Positions 12,089 to 26,335 of a stretch of 64,000 nucleotides of DNA are shown here, in pieces. Source of the stretch: Octopus vulgaris (taxonomy: Eukaryota); the NCBI GenBank assembly GCA_951406725.2, contig OX597815.1, forward strand, positions 186,310,001 through 186,374,000, given 5' to 3'. Below the pieces are notes generated by a model. The model did not search any database, was not told where the DNA came from, and saw only the letters and a list, made by a program, of their open reading frames with translations. How positions within the stretch are numbered: position 1 is the first letter of the stretch; each line of letters starts with the position of its first letter. The position numbers were made by a program, and so were the translations under genes.

Positions 12089-13230
12089 TGTGTATCCCTG
12101 AGTTCTTTTGGCTGATTTTATTTGAGTCAGATTTTGAAGGTAGAGACATGACTTCTAACTGAAGCCTTTCTCTTCTTGTACCATTTTCACTCATGGTAGT
12201 ATTGCTGAAGTTTTCTTTTTGAATCTCGTGATTTTTTACACCAAGATTGTATGTTACCAACGACGATGGAATCAAAATTCCGAATGTTACTCAGTACCTA
12301 AGTAAATTTTCTCTTTCTCCTCCAGAAATTAGTCAATTCTGTATATTTAGACGTTTATTCATCGATAGCATTTTAAATCGAACCAGAATATTATTATTCC
12401 AATGATTTTCCGAAATAAGAATAAAGTGTTTTTTACATTTTTTATCTCTCAAACATAATATTATTCACCGACTTATATTTACAATTTTCATCACGTATTT
12501 GATCTTATCAGAAATTGTTCGATTTTCTATTTTCTATTTTATTTATATATTTTTGAAAAATATCTAGAATAATTCCATGCAATTAAAATTAAGATAAGAC
12601 TTGCTATAAAATTGAAAATAGATTATCATTAATTATATTATGAATGCACGAGGATATTAGTCAAAATAATTATCCCTTAAGAGGTATTCAGCGAATATAG
12701 TTATCATTTTGGTGGTGGCTTAAAAGATGAACAATATTTTCCCACGTTTGTCGTTCAGATGAGAAGCGATGGTTTCAGTTATTACATTAATAACAGCAGC
12801 CATAGTATATTATAGCATCACTGCAAAGTAAAAGCATGAACATCGAAGTGTTACTGCAAGAAAGAGAGATTTGTTAAACTTCTCAGTACATACAGAGTCT
12901 TTTAAATTATCGACCTGAAGATAACGCTATCTTCTGAAATAGTGACGTTAATTATCAATAACGTAAAACAACCGAACACTTGCGATTATTAATAATTGAA
13001 TCAAGTATGTTTTATTATTGTTAATGGAAAACATTGTCGGTTATCTTTTCGACATAAATTGTTAATCACCGATATGTTGAATAATGTAATAACAGTCGCC
13101 AATAAAACAGTTGCCAATAAATGGTTGTAAATTTGGAGGAATTGCAAAACACGAATCTATAGAATTCTACATAGTATTATGTTTTAAACAGCACAATAAA
13201 GTTATGGTAGGCAGTTATTTATAACAATTA

Positions 13231-13629
13231 CTAGCAGTATAGCCCAGCGTTGCTCGGGCTTGTTTTCTTTTCGACCCTTTAGATTTGGAATTTTTGAAAA
13301 GTAAAACTTTGCATTATGTAGCTTGTTACTCTATTTAAGTGAACACTTTTCTGGTTGAAATACACCGAAAAATGGCGACACAGCAGTCAAGAAATCGTAA
13401 AAAAAAATGGGGATTGCCATAGAAAAAAGCACCTTTTTGATGAAAATCATTTTTGGTCTTTACATGGTCCGATTTGAATTTTTTCTTCCACGGAAGGAAG
13501 AGCAAGCGTTCTTCTATCATACTCTCAATTTTGGTCAACTTCCGCCGCAGGGTCTCGGAGGAGATAGTGTTAGTTGAAGGCTACCAAACCTGCCATACAC
13601 AGACAACTTCAGCTTTATATATAGAGAGA
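13231..13629 (-). mobile_element. Non-autonomous Helitron
   Basis: Minus strand: A|TC 5' end, GC-rich hairpin gcccgagcaacgctgggc just before CTAG|T; second copy at 26336. Confidence 0.85.
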
Positions 13630-14169
13630 TTAAACACTACACACGCAAAAATAATAAAAAACAATTGTGTTTTGGCGGACTTGGAGAAATGCTAATACTT
13701 TTTTTATCTATAATAAACACCAAGAAATATTTTAATTATCGAGTTATCGAAACATTTTACATAATATAAAATATAGACAAAAGAAGTAATGTAACATAAA
13801 GTTGCAAACGATAAAAATGTCATAAAAGAAAATTCGACGCGTATCTATCTACGTATCACATTTAAGAGTATTCTTGTTCACCATATTTGTTACGTTCGTA
13901 ATAGTCTGTCTTGGCCATTAAGATTAATATCTTACCATTATCTCCAGTGTAGATCATCCCTTCTTTTTAATATCCTTATTTTATATCCTGTAATTTAATA
14001 TAGCGATTCCCGGCAGAGCGTTGCGTCCTTGATTAAGTTATTTTATTTCACTTTGTTCCTGTCTACTCAACTAGCAAAAATGAGCGGTACTTCTATTTCA
14101 TGGGCCCGGCCTTGTCACGCGCTGTACCACGCCGAACCTCCCTGAGAACTACATTAACGTTACGCATAC

Positions 14170-14405
14170 CTATTTCTTTACTACCCACAAGAGGCTAAAC
14201 ACAGAGGGGACAAACAAGGACACAGACAAATGAATTAAGTCGATTACATCGACCCCAGTGCGTAACAGGTACTTAATTTATCGACCCCGAAAGGCTGAAA
14301 GGCAAAGTCGACCACGGCGGAATTTGAACTCAGAACGTAACGGCAGACGAAATACGGCTACGCATTTCGCCCGGCGTGCTAACGTTTCTGCCCGCTCGCC
14401 GCCTT
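14170..14405 (-). mobile_element. tRNA-derived SINE family B
   Basis: Full-length match to copies at 26734 and 39679 (B-box gagttcaaattcc). Confidence 0.93.
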
Positions 14406-15407
14406 GTACGGCGCATGCTTATGAAATCATCAGCATCTTGAATGCTGATTTCATGAGAAAGCTGTTCCACTGACCGCATCAACTGGAACCGTCACCGTAA
14501 CTGACAGAATGCCAGTTTTGTTTGTTTTAATATTCAAAATCACTTCTTGGTGCAATACATTATAGATGTTGGACTATACCATGTTATTTTGGCTAAATTT
14601 ATGGAGAGGAGTATGGTAGTGATGGTATACGTACCGTTGTACTAATTGTGAAAAAAATATCGGATGCTTTTTTTTTTTATATCAGCTTGTATTGTATTTG
14701 CTCAGTACATACGCCAGAAGATCCATGGGTGTATGCTTTATTTCACAATAGAAATTCAACGCCCCTTGTTTTCTAAAATCACTATGACATAACTAATTCT
14801 AGTGATTGGAACACTTCTAAATTACAATACATGCATTCAAGTTGTTTGCAGATACAAAGCAGTGATAGTAGATATAAATTTGGCATTGATGACTCAAGAC
14901 AAAAATATATGCTATTATATACAAACATACATCAGAAAATGATCGACATCTTCTCTAATTGAATGAAAATATGTATTGTTGATCTTTATCGGCAATAGAT
15001 TTACAAGCATGATATTTCTTACTATATTGTCTGTTTCGTTTAATATTGATGTAATTCTGACATAGTATTTTAACAATTGTAATGGCGAATCAGATATATT
15101 CTGCAACAGCAGTATCGCAATGTTTGTAATGTTTGGAAGCGATAATATTGATAGAATACGTATCAATATATTTCTGGGATTTCCTTTATCAACTTGGAAG
15201 ATAAAACATGAACGCATAAAAGTGAAATCCAATATGTATCCCATCGATTTTTACTCACAGCGATGAACTTGTTAAATACTGCGTAACATTTACCTTCATA
15301 TACCAAGACTAAAGGATTTATTTAACTTTTGATTTGGAAGAATAATTCCATTAGCTGTAAATATCAGCAGAACGTAAGCTTTCATATATATATATATATG
15401 TATATAA

Positions 15408-15855
15408 TTTAGAGAAAAAACACTATTAAACTATTCAATAACGAAAGATGTTATTCACACCATATAAAAAACATATACTATAAAAAAAACTTATTTTAAA
15501 AATCAATAAAGTACAATAAATAATAAAATCAATTCGATTCACAGTTAAATCGAAATAGAATTTTAGTTCGATTTAATTGTGAATCAAATTGATTTTATTA
15601 TTATTATCTATTAGAAAATATTGCCATGAAACGTGCGTAGTCTTTTTACTAATATTTACTATTTATTGTACTTTATTGATTTTTAAAATAAGGTTTTGCT
15701 TATATTATATGTTTTCTATATGGTGTGAATAACATTTTTCTTCATTGAATTGTTTAATAGTGGTTAAATTATATACATATATTATATATTGTGAAATTTG
15801 ATTTAGAATTGTTAAATTGAATTTTTCCCTGCAATTTTTGGAATTATATTCCCTA
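15408..15855. repeat. AT-rich fold-back element in (TA)n
   Basis: ~15420-15522 is inverted against ~15657-15763; internal palindrome 15520-15603; tail resembles 16680-16745. Confidence 0.8.
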
Positions 15856-15916
15856 TATATATATATATATATATATGTATATGTATATATATATATGTAT
15901 ACATATATATATATAC

Positions 15917-15964
<48 letters not shown>

Positions 15965-15966
<2 letters not shown>

Positions 15967-16378
15967 TTTTACTCTTTTACTTGTTTCAGTCATTTGACTG
16001 CGGCCATGCTGGAGCACCGCCTTTAGTCGAGCAAATCGACCCCGGGAGTTATTCTTTCTAAGCCCAGTACTTATTCTATCGGTCTCTTTTGCCGAACCGC
16101 TAAGTGACGGGGACGTAAACACACTAGCATCGGTTGTCAAGCAATACTAGGGGGACAAACACAGACACACAAACACACACACACATACACATATATATAT
16201 ATATACACATATATACGACAGGCTTCTTTCAGTTTCCGTTTACCAAATCCACTCACAAGGCATTGGTCGGCCCGGGGCTATAGTAGAAGACACTTGCCCA
16301 AGATGCCACGCAGTGGACTGAACCCGGAACCATGTGGCTGGTTAGCAAGCTACTTACCACACAGCCACTCCTGCGCCT
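15965..16378 (-). mobile_element. SINE family A, full length
   Basis: Head ggcgcaggagtggctgtgtgg, internal microsatellite, tail gactgaaacaagtaaaagagtaaaag. Confidence 0.95.
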
Positions 16379-16430
<52 letters not shown>

Positions 16431-16432
16431 CA

Positions 16433-16753
16433 ATTAAATTAGAGACAAAACCACTATTATGCAAATCAAACAATGAAAGACTTAAGCCAATACATAAATT
16501 AATTTATATCATTTAGATATGTAACAATTATTAAAAAATATAATTAATATAATTATATTTTTTAATAATTGTTACATATCTAAATAATATAAATTAATTT
16601 ATGTATTGGCTTAAGTCTTTCATTGTTTGATTTGCATAATAGTGGTTTTGTCTCTAATTTAATATAATATAATATTTTACTATAAAATTGGATTCAATCC
16701 TAAATCTGATTTTTCCCTGTAAGTTTGGATTTATTTCCTAATATTTATTATTA

Positions 16754-16757
<4 letters not shown>
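16433..16757. repeat. Near-perfect AT-rich palindrome (~115-bp arms) with 3' tail, in (TA)n
   Basis: 16433-16547 vs 16550-16663; same family as the ends of 53095-55933. Confidence 0.9.
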
Positions 16758-16822
<65 letters not shown>

Positions 16823-17299
16823 GGGTATCTTCTAGTTTCTGCATATCAAATCGACTCAGAAGGCATAGGTCGACCCAAGACTATAGTAAAAGACACTTCC
16901 CCAAGCTGCCGCGCAGTGGGACGATGACGAAAGCATTTATGATTTAAGCTCATAACGACACTGAATACAGACTGAAGGAGTTGAATCATGATCTCACAAA
17001 GTAGTTGGCAGTGGTCGATTTATATTTATATGAAGACCTCTGCATGATCTACTATCGACCATATATTGTGGGTGTCCAATGTTAAACCCAATTTCAACCC
17101 TACTTTCATCGATTACCTGTACAGAACCATTTCTCACTGATCAGATCATATAACGACATATTTGGAATCATGTCCTCCGTCTGTTTTCTGTGTTATTCTT
17201 GTGCATTTTAGCATTTGATCCAGTGCTTAAAACATAAGAACTTTTTAAGAATATTCGCTTCATCTGAGGAATCTAAGAGCTCTGATTTCATGCATGTAC

Positions 17300-17720
17300 A
17301 ATGTCACCTGCATGTTGTCAGACATAACTGGATCAACAGGGAAATACGGTCAGACAAACACACCTGAGATGCGCACAAGAGAGGAAAAAGCCTCATCTTT
17401 CTCTTCTGAGTTACAACTTCGAAAGTTATGTCTAACACATATTATCCTGAGTAGGACGGACGGGAATGCCACGCGAGTCCAATTTAAAGACTGCTGTGCT
17501 GTAATCCATACACCGGTATCTGGTGCCTGTGATGAAATCTTAGGTGTTAGAAACATTTCCATCGCTTTAGGCATTTCTAGAGATGCAGAATCAAACGAAC
17601 TACATACGGAAGCTCTACTCTGTCGATGAAACTTCAAGAATTAATTGCGAAATCGAAATGCACACAGCAATCTTAACAGTGGCGTAATCTGCTTCTTGTT
17701 TCAACATACTTTAAAATACG
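17300..17720 (+). pseudogene. Ancient RTE-like LINE relic
   Basis: TGST...EMRTREEKASSFSSELQ resembles RTE LGS..EI..RI.KASSAFGRL; KTAVL follows after a frameshift. Confidence 0.4.
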
Positions 17721-17886
17721 ATGGATTATTCATGATTGTAACGCACTTGCTCACATATGAATGTCAGGCTTCCTGTGGTAAACAAATAATTTAATATAAA
17801 GTTTTATTGATCTTTAATGCAACAAAAATGACAAATTGTTCCATGCTTTGCTTGGTATTTATTATTTTATCATCATTGTATATATA

Positions 17887-17941
<55 letters not shown>

Positions 17942-19703
17942 TATATATTACTGAGGACGTTAGGTTGGTGGCATGATTTACAACATTGGAAAAATTCATT
18001 CAAGTTCATTTCCTTAAGTTTTTACTTAAAATTCCCAAAAGTTAACTTTCATCCTCTCAGGTTCAATAAATAAAATCGATAAATAAAGTCAGTTCAGTAT
18101 TGATGTTGATGTGATAGATTATAACGTACCCATAAATGTTATCTTGTGCTAATATATAAAATTCAATATTCAATTCAAATACTTCTCAAGTTCCAACGAA
18201 GATGTTTTGTATCCCAGTTTCAGCAACTCCATCGCAGGTTACGAAATAATTTGCAAGTTTGAAGGTCGAGGAACGTATTCGTGATTTATCATCAATAATG
18301 ATATTATATTAAACTGAAATTAGTTGCTTAAATGCAATTTTAGTTCATTTGTCACGATCGATAAAATATAATGATAAAATACAGGAATATTTCAAATTAA
18401 GCATTAAAAGTATTTCTAGAGTAATTATTGATAAACTTCAATTCCCTCTACACCATATTTATGAGAATAATGTATTTACATTTCAGTGTTCGTTTGTTAA
18501 TATAATTTTCCATGATGAATTTTAAATAGAAATTGCGATGCGATAATTATAGCCATAGTTTATAGATAACATTTTTTTTTTATTTGTGAGTATAAAATAT
18601 TAAATGAATGCTTAATTGGTCTAATTTGTTTAAATATCGTATGGAATTTCTTTTTCGGCACCCTGCAACCGAGATACTCTTAACAATATTAAGTATGAAA
18701 TTACTTTCATAGTTTCATTACAGAAATAATTATGTTTCTTATTTACTGTAGATTTCTTATACTTTATACATCTAAAGGCAAACCTAAGTTTACCTGAAAT
18801 GCAGTTTCTTTTTACTCATAATAATCAGCTTCCTACCTTTTAATACATTTATACGAAGTCAGTATATTTAAATATTAGAAAGAACAATTTAATCAACCAA
18901 TTGTCTTTCTTTTAAAATTTTTATTGTGTTATATACTACAAAGGAAAGTGTTTTATAACGTTTAAATGCTGACTGTTCTTGAGCTGAGAAAAATCGGTTT
19001 GAGTAGAAGCTTCAGTCTTCTATATAACGAGTTCAAACACAGCTAATATTTTGCTCATTACGAGATCGATTGAGTTTCTTGTTAAAAAGCAATGAATACT
19101 GACATTTAGTAATAAATATTTGTAAATTTCTTCTAAAATACTAACGTAATCTCCAGTTTCACCATGTTCTGACCTACGATATCAATTTGCTTCTTAAATC
19201 TCAATATTACAGAAAATTATTTAAGCCCGTGGCACAGTTCAGTCTTAACATGTATGGATCTTATTTTCAGATTATCTTTCAATTAAGAGTTGTAAAACCT
19301 CGAAATAAATTCATTTCCTTATTTAGTTTTGGATAGAGAAAGTTATTAGAGCGTGGGACGAAAGGCTTTCTTTTAGCTTTCATTTCTTTCAGTCATTCGA
19401 CAGCCCGAGCCTTGCCTTGATTTATTTATTCGAACAAGCAGAAATTTATATTTTCCATCTGGTATTTATTCTATGTTATACTTTTGCCGAATCACTAAGT
19501 AACGGGAAAGTAAACAAACCAACACTGGTTGTCAAGGGATAGTGAGGACAAATACAACACAAATACACACACACACACACACACACGTACATCGATTACA
19601 TTGGAGTTATTTTCAAATGTCTAAGTTCGGTAGAACTAAGCACATGTCTAGTTTTATAAGGACAACTAGTGTTTAGTTTTTCAAATTATATTGAATTGGA
19701 ACG

Positions 19704-19777
19704 ATCGTACTGACGAGTCTGCGGACGAAAGATTACGTAAGTAATTTATTCGGTAATAGACGAAACCGGTATACGAT
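19704..19777 (+). ncRNA. Type I hammerhead ribozyme motif, canonical core, extended stem II
   Basis: atcgta CTGACGA gtct...agac GAAAC cg GTA tacgat; perfect 6-bp stem I. Confidence 0.85.
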
Positions 19778-20039
19778 TAATTCTTGATTTATATATAATT
19801 TTTATCTGTCTTACCCGCTTATGTTCTGGTGTTCACTGAATTTTCTCAGGTCATTTTTTCTTTGTAGTTAGATCGTATGTGATCTTCTTCTAGCGTATTG
19901 GTTATCTACCTAGTGGTTTATCCCTAAATATACACATGTATTGGAATTTTTTCCGATTGTTCAGATTCTTTATATATGCTAGGCTACTGGTCTTAAATTG
20001 ATATTAATTAAATTAATATTCAAATTCATCTCCCTCATT

Positions 20040-20147
<108 letters not shown>

Positions 20148-21410
20148 GACGGGCGTCTGTCAGTCTCGGTAAACAAATTCATTCACGAGGCTTTGCTTAG
20201 CACTTAGGGGTCATTTGCACGAGGTGCCAAGCAGTGGGGCTGAACCTGGTATTATGTGATTGTGTGGATGTAAACCAAAAGTTTCACCACACAGCCATGC
20301 CTGCGCAGTTCTGGATCTTTACATTTCACCTTTTCGGGGTTGATGAAATATAGTACCAGTCAAGTAAAGATCAATGTAATCGACAAAAACTGAACCCTCA
20401 AAATTCCTGACAACCCTCCTTCTATGGTTGATTGGCAGAGATGTTAGATCCTGAGACAAAAAACTCGACATAGTTCTTTCATCTCTTTAACTCATGATTT
20501 CAAGTATAGCCAACGTTAGCTTCACCATTCATCCTCATAGGTCAATAAAATAAGACACCAACAAAATACTAAGGCTGATGATATTGATTAAAGCTCATCC
20601 CCCAAAAGTAGGATTTGTGTCTATTTTAGAAGCAATTATTTGATGTTGTCCCTGTGTCACCTCAGTCCGAAGGATAATAAATTTAGCTTTATCGTTCAGC
20701 ATCCTGTGGTTTTTAAAATGCGTTCACTTTTCAAGGATTGAATCAATTTATTGTAGTCCGAGCCTCAAACTGTTAGAATTCGGCCAGCTAGGTCATTTAT
20801 CAGTATATCTATAACTATTGATAGTGAAACGAAGACAAGTAGGGTTAATACCATTCACTTCACATATCGGATTCGAATATTTCCTCATTCTCAACCGAGG
20901 GAGTTCGCTTTAATTAAGAAATACCATTCACATCAACTATTGCCAATTCCAGTGAATTCTCTCTTTTGTAACCCGAAGAGAATTACACCGAATAATTTAA
21001 TATCAACAAAGTATTTGTTATACGTTGTGACAAAGGTAATTCGCGACTTGGTGAAAGCACCTTTCTATTCTCAATCTAATTTAAACGCATTAACACCAAG
21101 AATAGGGGTCATACAAAGAAACGTAATTTACAGAATTAAAAACATACAGCACTTCATAATGATGACGAGATTGAAAAGAAACTACGAAATTATAAACTTA
21201 TTCCACTCCGTTAAACCTGAAGACGAGTTTAATGGAATAATGTAATACACTTATAATTTTATGAATTGATGAATGAGGTGATTACGATTATATATGAGAT
21301 AACGATTAAGCTGTTGATGACATAACGTTCGTGATAATGAGAAGAATAACTGTAATTTGAAATACGCCATCGCCAATAGCAATTGCGCAACAATATAGAC
21401 ATGCGAATGA

Positions 21411-22139
21411 GGGCGGCGAGCTGGCAGAAACGTTAGCACGCCGGGCGAAATGCGTAGTCGTATTTCGTCTGCCGCTACATTCTGAGTTCATATTCCACCG
21501 AGGTCGATTAAATAAGTACCAATTACGCACTGGGGTCGATATAATCGACTTAATCCGTTTGTCTGTCCTTGTTTGTACTCTCTGTGTTTAGCCCCTTGTG
21601 GGTAGGAAAGAAATAGGTATTTCGCCTGTCTTCGTGTTTTGAGTTCAAATTCCGCCGAAGTCGACTTTGCCTTTCATCCTTTCAGGGTCGATAAACTAAG
21701 TACCAGTTACGCACTGGGGTCGATATAATCGACTTAATCCGTTTGTCTATCATTGTTTGTCCCCTCTGTGTGTATCCCCTTGTGGTTAGTAAAGAAATAG
21801 GTATTTCGTCTGCCGTTACGTTCTAAGTTCAAATTCTGCCGAGGTCGATTTTGCCTTTCGTCCTTTCAGGATCGATTAAATAAGTACCAGTTACGCACTG
21901 GGGTCGATATAATCGACTTAATCCGTTTGTCTGTCCTCTCTGTGTTTAGCCCCTTGAGGGTATTAAAAAAATAGGTATTTCGTCTGCCGTTACGTTCTGA
22001 GTTCAAATTACGCCGAGATCGACTTTGCCTTTCATCTTTTTGGGGGTCGATAAATTAAGTACCAGTTGCGTAATGGGGTGGATCTAATCGACTGGGCCCC
22101 TCCCCAAAAATTTCGGGTGTTTTGCCTAGAGTAGAAAAT
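21411..22139 (+). mobile_element. Tandem tetramer of SINE family B
   Basis: Units start at 21411, 21618, 21802 and 21976; units 2-4 lack the 5' A-box head. Confidence 0.93.
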
Positions 22140-22196
22140 AATAATAATAATAATAATTATTATTATTATTATTATTATTGTTGTTGTTGTTGTTAT

Positions 22197-22460
22197 TTTA
22201 TCACAGGTTTTGTTGGAGTTCCTGGAGTCTTTCAGGCATATCCGACTTGCTGCCAGCAGCCTACAATACCATGGTATTTGTTCGTTTCAAATATCTAATA
22301 CTTTCCTAAGTATTCTGAACGAGCGAAGGAGGTAAACTTTTTGTAAGGCTCTGTTGGGCATTCTATTCCAATTTCATTTATGTTCCTCTTGATGCCTTCT
22401 GAGACGCTTCCCAAGGACCCGACAATAATTCGCACTACATTCACCCTCTTCATACTTAAG
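22197..22460 (-). pseudogene. 3' end of an R4/Dong element ending in (AAC)n/(TAA)n
   Basis: SMKRVNVVRIIVGSLGSVS...LQKVYLLRSFRILRKVLDI* resembles IPIIVGALG...IQKIALLGTAHILRRTL. Confidence 0.8.
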
Positions 22461-22564
22461 AGGGTTGTATTTATTTATGTTTTCGCCTTCCTTCTTGGTT
22501 ATTCGCGGGTCAAAGTCGTACCAAAATCAACTATATAGCACATGTGCTGCATCTTTTCCACCAC

Positions 22565-22625
<61 letters not shown>

Positions 22626-22695
22626 AATAATATTATTATTATTATATCATTGTCGTCGTCGTTATTATAATTATTATTATTATTATTATTATTAT

Positions 22696-22730
<35 letters not shown>

Positions 22731-22769
22731 TCATTATCATCATCATCATCATCATTATTATTATTATTA

Positions 22770-22800
<31 letters not shown>

Positions 22801-22881
22801 CAGCAGCAGCATCATTATCATCATCATCATTATTATTATTATTATTATCATTATTAGTATTAGTATCATCATTATCATCAG

Positions 22882-22929
<48 letters not shown>

Positions 22930-22940
22930 TATTATTAATA
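22565..22940. repeat. Compound (TAT)/(AGT)/(CAT) microsatellite
   Basis: Visible repeat. Confidence 0.97.
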
Positions 22941-24426
22941 TTATAGTTGTGTTGTTATAATCAGTATAAGTAACGAATACAAATTATGTTGACTAGCTTA
23001 GCTCTTATAAAGGTAAGTTCGTAATTAACGTAATTTTCTCCCAGACTCTGTCAGAAATTATATGATTTAATAATATCAGACATTTTAGTTGACCCAGTTG
23101 AACAGAAAAAAAAGTTTCCACTCTTCTCTACAAATTATATTCATCAATTGATACCATTCCGAATTCTGTTCGTATCTTTCTCCAGCTCCATACACCTGAC
23201 GCCATTGATTTTACTTCTGCAGTGACATTTCAGAAAACCAGTTAACAATTTTGTTCATTATATTCTATCATTTATTCATTACTTTAATGGAGACCCAGTT
23301 AAATAAAGATTCAGAATCCATGTATTGATGAATGCTTAGAAATTAGCAATACATTTAGAGAAATCAAATTAGATCTAATTTTAAGGCCTATTTTGTCAAT
23401 AAATTAGACGTTTTCATGCAATCATTCAACGTCTTTATGAAGTATGTTTCTGAATATTTTCTCCTTTTTATCTCTTTTCCAGAGCTATATTTGAACAACT
23501 TTTACTTAGCGTGTAGACATTGAAATGGAACTATTCAGTCCAAATTACCTAATCGACAGATTCGGACAATAGTCGCTAAATAAATTAGTATTCGTTGAAA
23601 TCAATATTTTTGACCGGTTATATTGGTTCGTCCGATCTCTATTGTAAGATAAAAACGATGGAATGAAATGGGCTTCATCCAATTTTATATGATAGCGGCA
23701 TTAGCATTCAAGTGCATTTCTAATTTATAGTATATTACATCAGTTGAAAGGAAATATTTTCTATCTCGTGCAATTTATTCTTTCGATATAATGAATACGG
23801 GATTGCCACATGATTTTACAGCCTATCTCTCTGAATACTTTGCTCATTAATGATATACTTTCTCTCAACTCTGACTACATACTTTTTAAGGCACTTAATA
23901 CCCCCTCCCTCTCTCTCTCTCTCAACTATTTTACATTCAACTATAATATCGTTTTTCCCCATAGTCGCCATTTTATGCAGAGAAAGACGTCATGGTTTAA
24001 ACAACTGATCCATTTAGAGATATGTCCGCTTTCACACGTTACGACGTCACGTTATATCGCAAGATTTACTTTGCTCAATTTCCTCGTAAACCAAAATGTG
24101 TCTGCATCACGTATCACTAATCACTCGTCTATAGAAAGAACACATAAATGCAAGAGTCGAAGAAGACACAGTAGTCTTCTATGTCAAGTATTATTCCATT
24201 CTCTGTGTGTCACGAAATTCGCTTGACAATTACTTGCATAAAACTGGTCTGAAAAGTACCTTTGCCATTTGACCTATAAATATTGTTCTTTACTGCTATG
24301 AAGTTGTTGTGAACAGCAGCTTTTGGCAGATCAAGCGTTATATCAATAATTGACAGTGAGGTATCTTTCATATAGTAAAGTCTGATATGAATTAATTCTA
24401 AATCTAAGAACTACGTTTCTAAGCTA

Positions 24427-24658
24427 CAGAGTGTTCAAAAGGTATCTCCGCAGTAAGTATTTAATGGTTTTCGGGGCGATTCTTTCACACTGATCTTTTA
24501 CTTGCTCCCCAGAAAAAAATCTGACGGTGTTAAATCAGATGATCTTTGTGGCCAAAGTCCCTTCGAAATAATCCGTTCACCAAAAAATTCTTGAAGTGGC
24601 GCCATGGTGATAAGCAAGATGAAAACATTCATTGTGGAGAGACTTTTTGAACACCATG
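24427..24658 (-). mobile_element. Tc1/mariner deletion derivative (MITE)
   Basis: TIRs cagagtgttcaaaaggtatctccgcagt / attgtggagagactttttgaacaccatg; internal minus-strand WPQRSSDLTPSDFF motif. Confidence 0.85.
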
Positions 24659-24924
24659 TGTTAAAATATTTTAAGCTAAATCCTTTTCCAGTCTCTTATA
24701 AATGTATCGTATCCATTGAACAAAACATTAGCAACGTTTCTTAATTAGTATTTTTAGATTTTATATGAGCAGCGCAGAGATCGTTATGCATTGGGTTTGC
24801 TGGGTTCAAATTTTTTTTAATTATTTTATCTGATTCATGTTCAAAGATTTTGTGTGTGAGTGTGGTGGTCGTTTCGGTTACATGATCACTTTTTCCTGTT
24901 TTACTTATGAAATATTGATTTCAA

Positions 24925-25405
24925 AACTTAGCACAAAGCCTGCAATTTTGGCGTAGGGGATTAGTCGGTTACATCGAGCCCCAGCACTCAATTTTTGTTT
25001 TTTGTTTTTGCGAGGGAGGGCAGTCGATTAGATCGACCCCTGTACGCAATTGGTACTTAATTTATTGAGCCCGAAAGGATGAAAGGAAAAGTCGACCACG
25101 GCGGAATTTGAACTCAAAACGTAAAGACGGACGAATTACCGCTAAACATTTTGCCCGGCGTGCTAACGATTCTTATTTCTATACTACCCACAAGGGGCTA
25201 AACACAGAGGAGACAAACATGGACAGACAATCGGATTAAGTTGATTATATCGACCCCAGTGCGTAACTGGTACTTAATTTATCGACCCCTTAAGGATGAA
25301 AGGCAAAGTCGACCTCGGTGGAAGTTGAACTCAGAACGTAACGAAAGACGAAATACGGCTACGCATTTCGCCCGGCGTGCTAACGATTCTGCCAACTCGC
25401 CGTCT
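24925..25405 (-). mobile_element. Multimeric SINE family B cluster
   Basis: Two near-complete units plus a tail remnant, head to tail. Confidence 0.88.
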
Positions 25406-26335
25406 TAATCAGCAAATAACTATTACCACATAATACGCTGTCATGGTTTCATATAAGCAACAAATGCAAATGCTAGCTTCAAACGAAGAAAGGATAAGAA
25501 CACAATATAACTATCTATACGCCATGTTCAATACCGGTAAACAGCAGTGCGTAAACACAAATTCAAAGGAACATATCAGCAATTGTATTCAAAGGTATAC
25601 ATTTTCTGATTCAAATGGAACGAAAATATAAAAGGAATAATCTCATTAGAAATTATGCAAAATGCCAATCAACGCAGTGGATATAGTGAAGAGAACAATG
25701 AAATACTCACATGCTTCAGTGCTAGTTTCTTCCTGTAATCTTAAACCTAAATATAAGAATCTAACATCAGTTTCAGAGATTCAATATACTCAATAAATTC
25801 TATGCAGGAAGATTTAGTTGAAAACCGTCACACATACCTCCTAGTCAGAGAATCTATCCTGGCCAGTCATATTAATTAATCTATTATTCGCATCCATTAG
25901 AATATTTCTTTTGAATCCAATCTGTTGTACGCAAGATATTATCATAATAGATTTCAATGGGTCAATGTATGTACTCTATAGAGAATGTTATTTCGATATA
26001 AAATAGAATCGTTTATCAGAAAAGTCTATTATGTAATCATAGAGATTTTCGTAAATCCTCTTACAACTGATTCAATTCATCTCTTCATTAACTTACTCTA
26101 TATTGTAAAGTTTAATTCATTGTTTTACACAACTAAAACCACTAAAAGCCAATTATTTGATATTTCTCACAGAGACTTATGGACAGATTCTAAACTATGA
26201 CTCTTTGTTGTTATAATTATCTCATAAAAGGATATCGACATTATAAAAACTCGGACATTTTGAAAGAAGCGTAGTCTACTAAAGTGTGTGGTAAATTTCT
26301 GACTTAAATATTACATAATTTTCAAATAAACATTA

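Noticed and set aside
15610-15642. HHR remnant gaaacgtgcgta
   Set aside because: Upstream core and stems too degenerate to call
17294-17637. Overlapping ORFs on both strands as a host exon
   Set aside because: The + frame resembles a decayed RTE C-terminal region
20940-21245. 101-aa ORF
   Set aside because: Non-ATG start, no motif and no consistent splice signals
21411-22139. CRISPR-like array
   Set aside because: Whole ~184-bp units repeat with no unique spacers; eukaryotic SINE context
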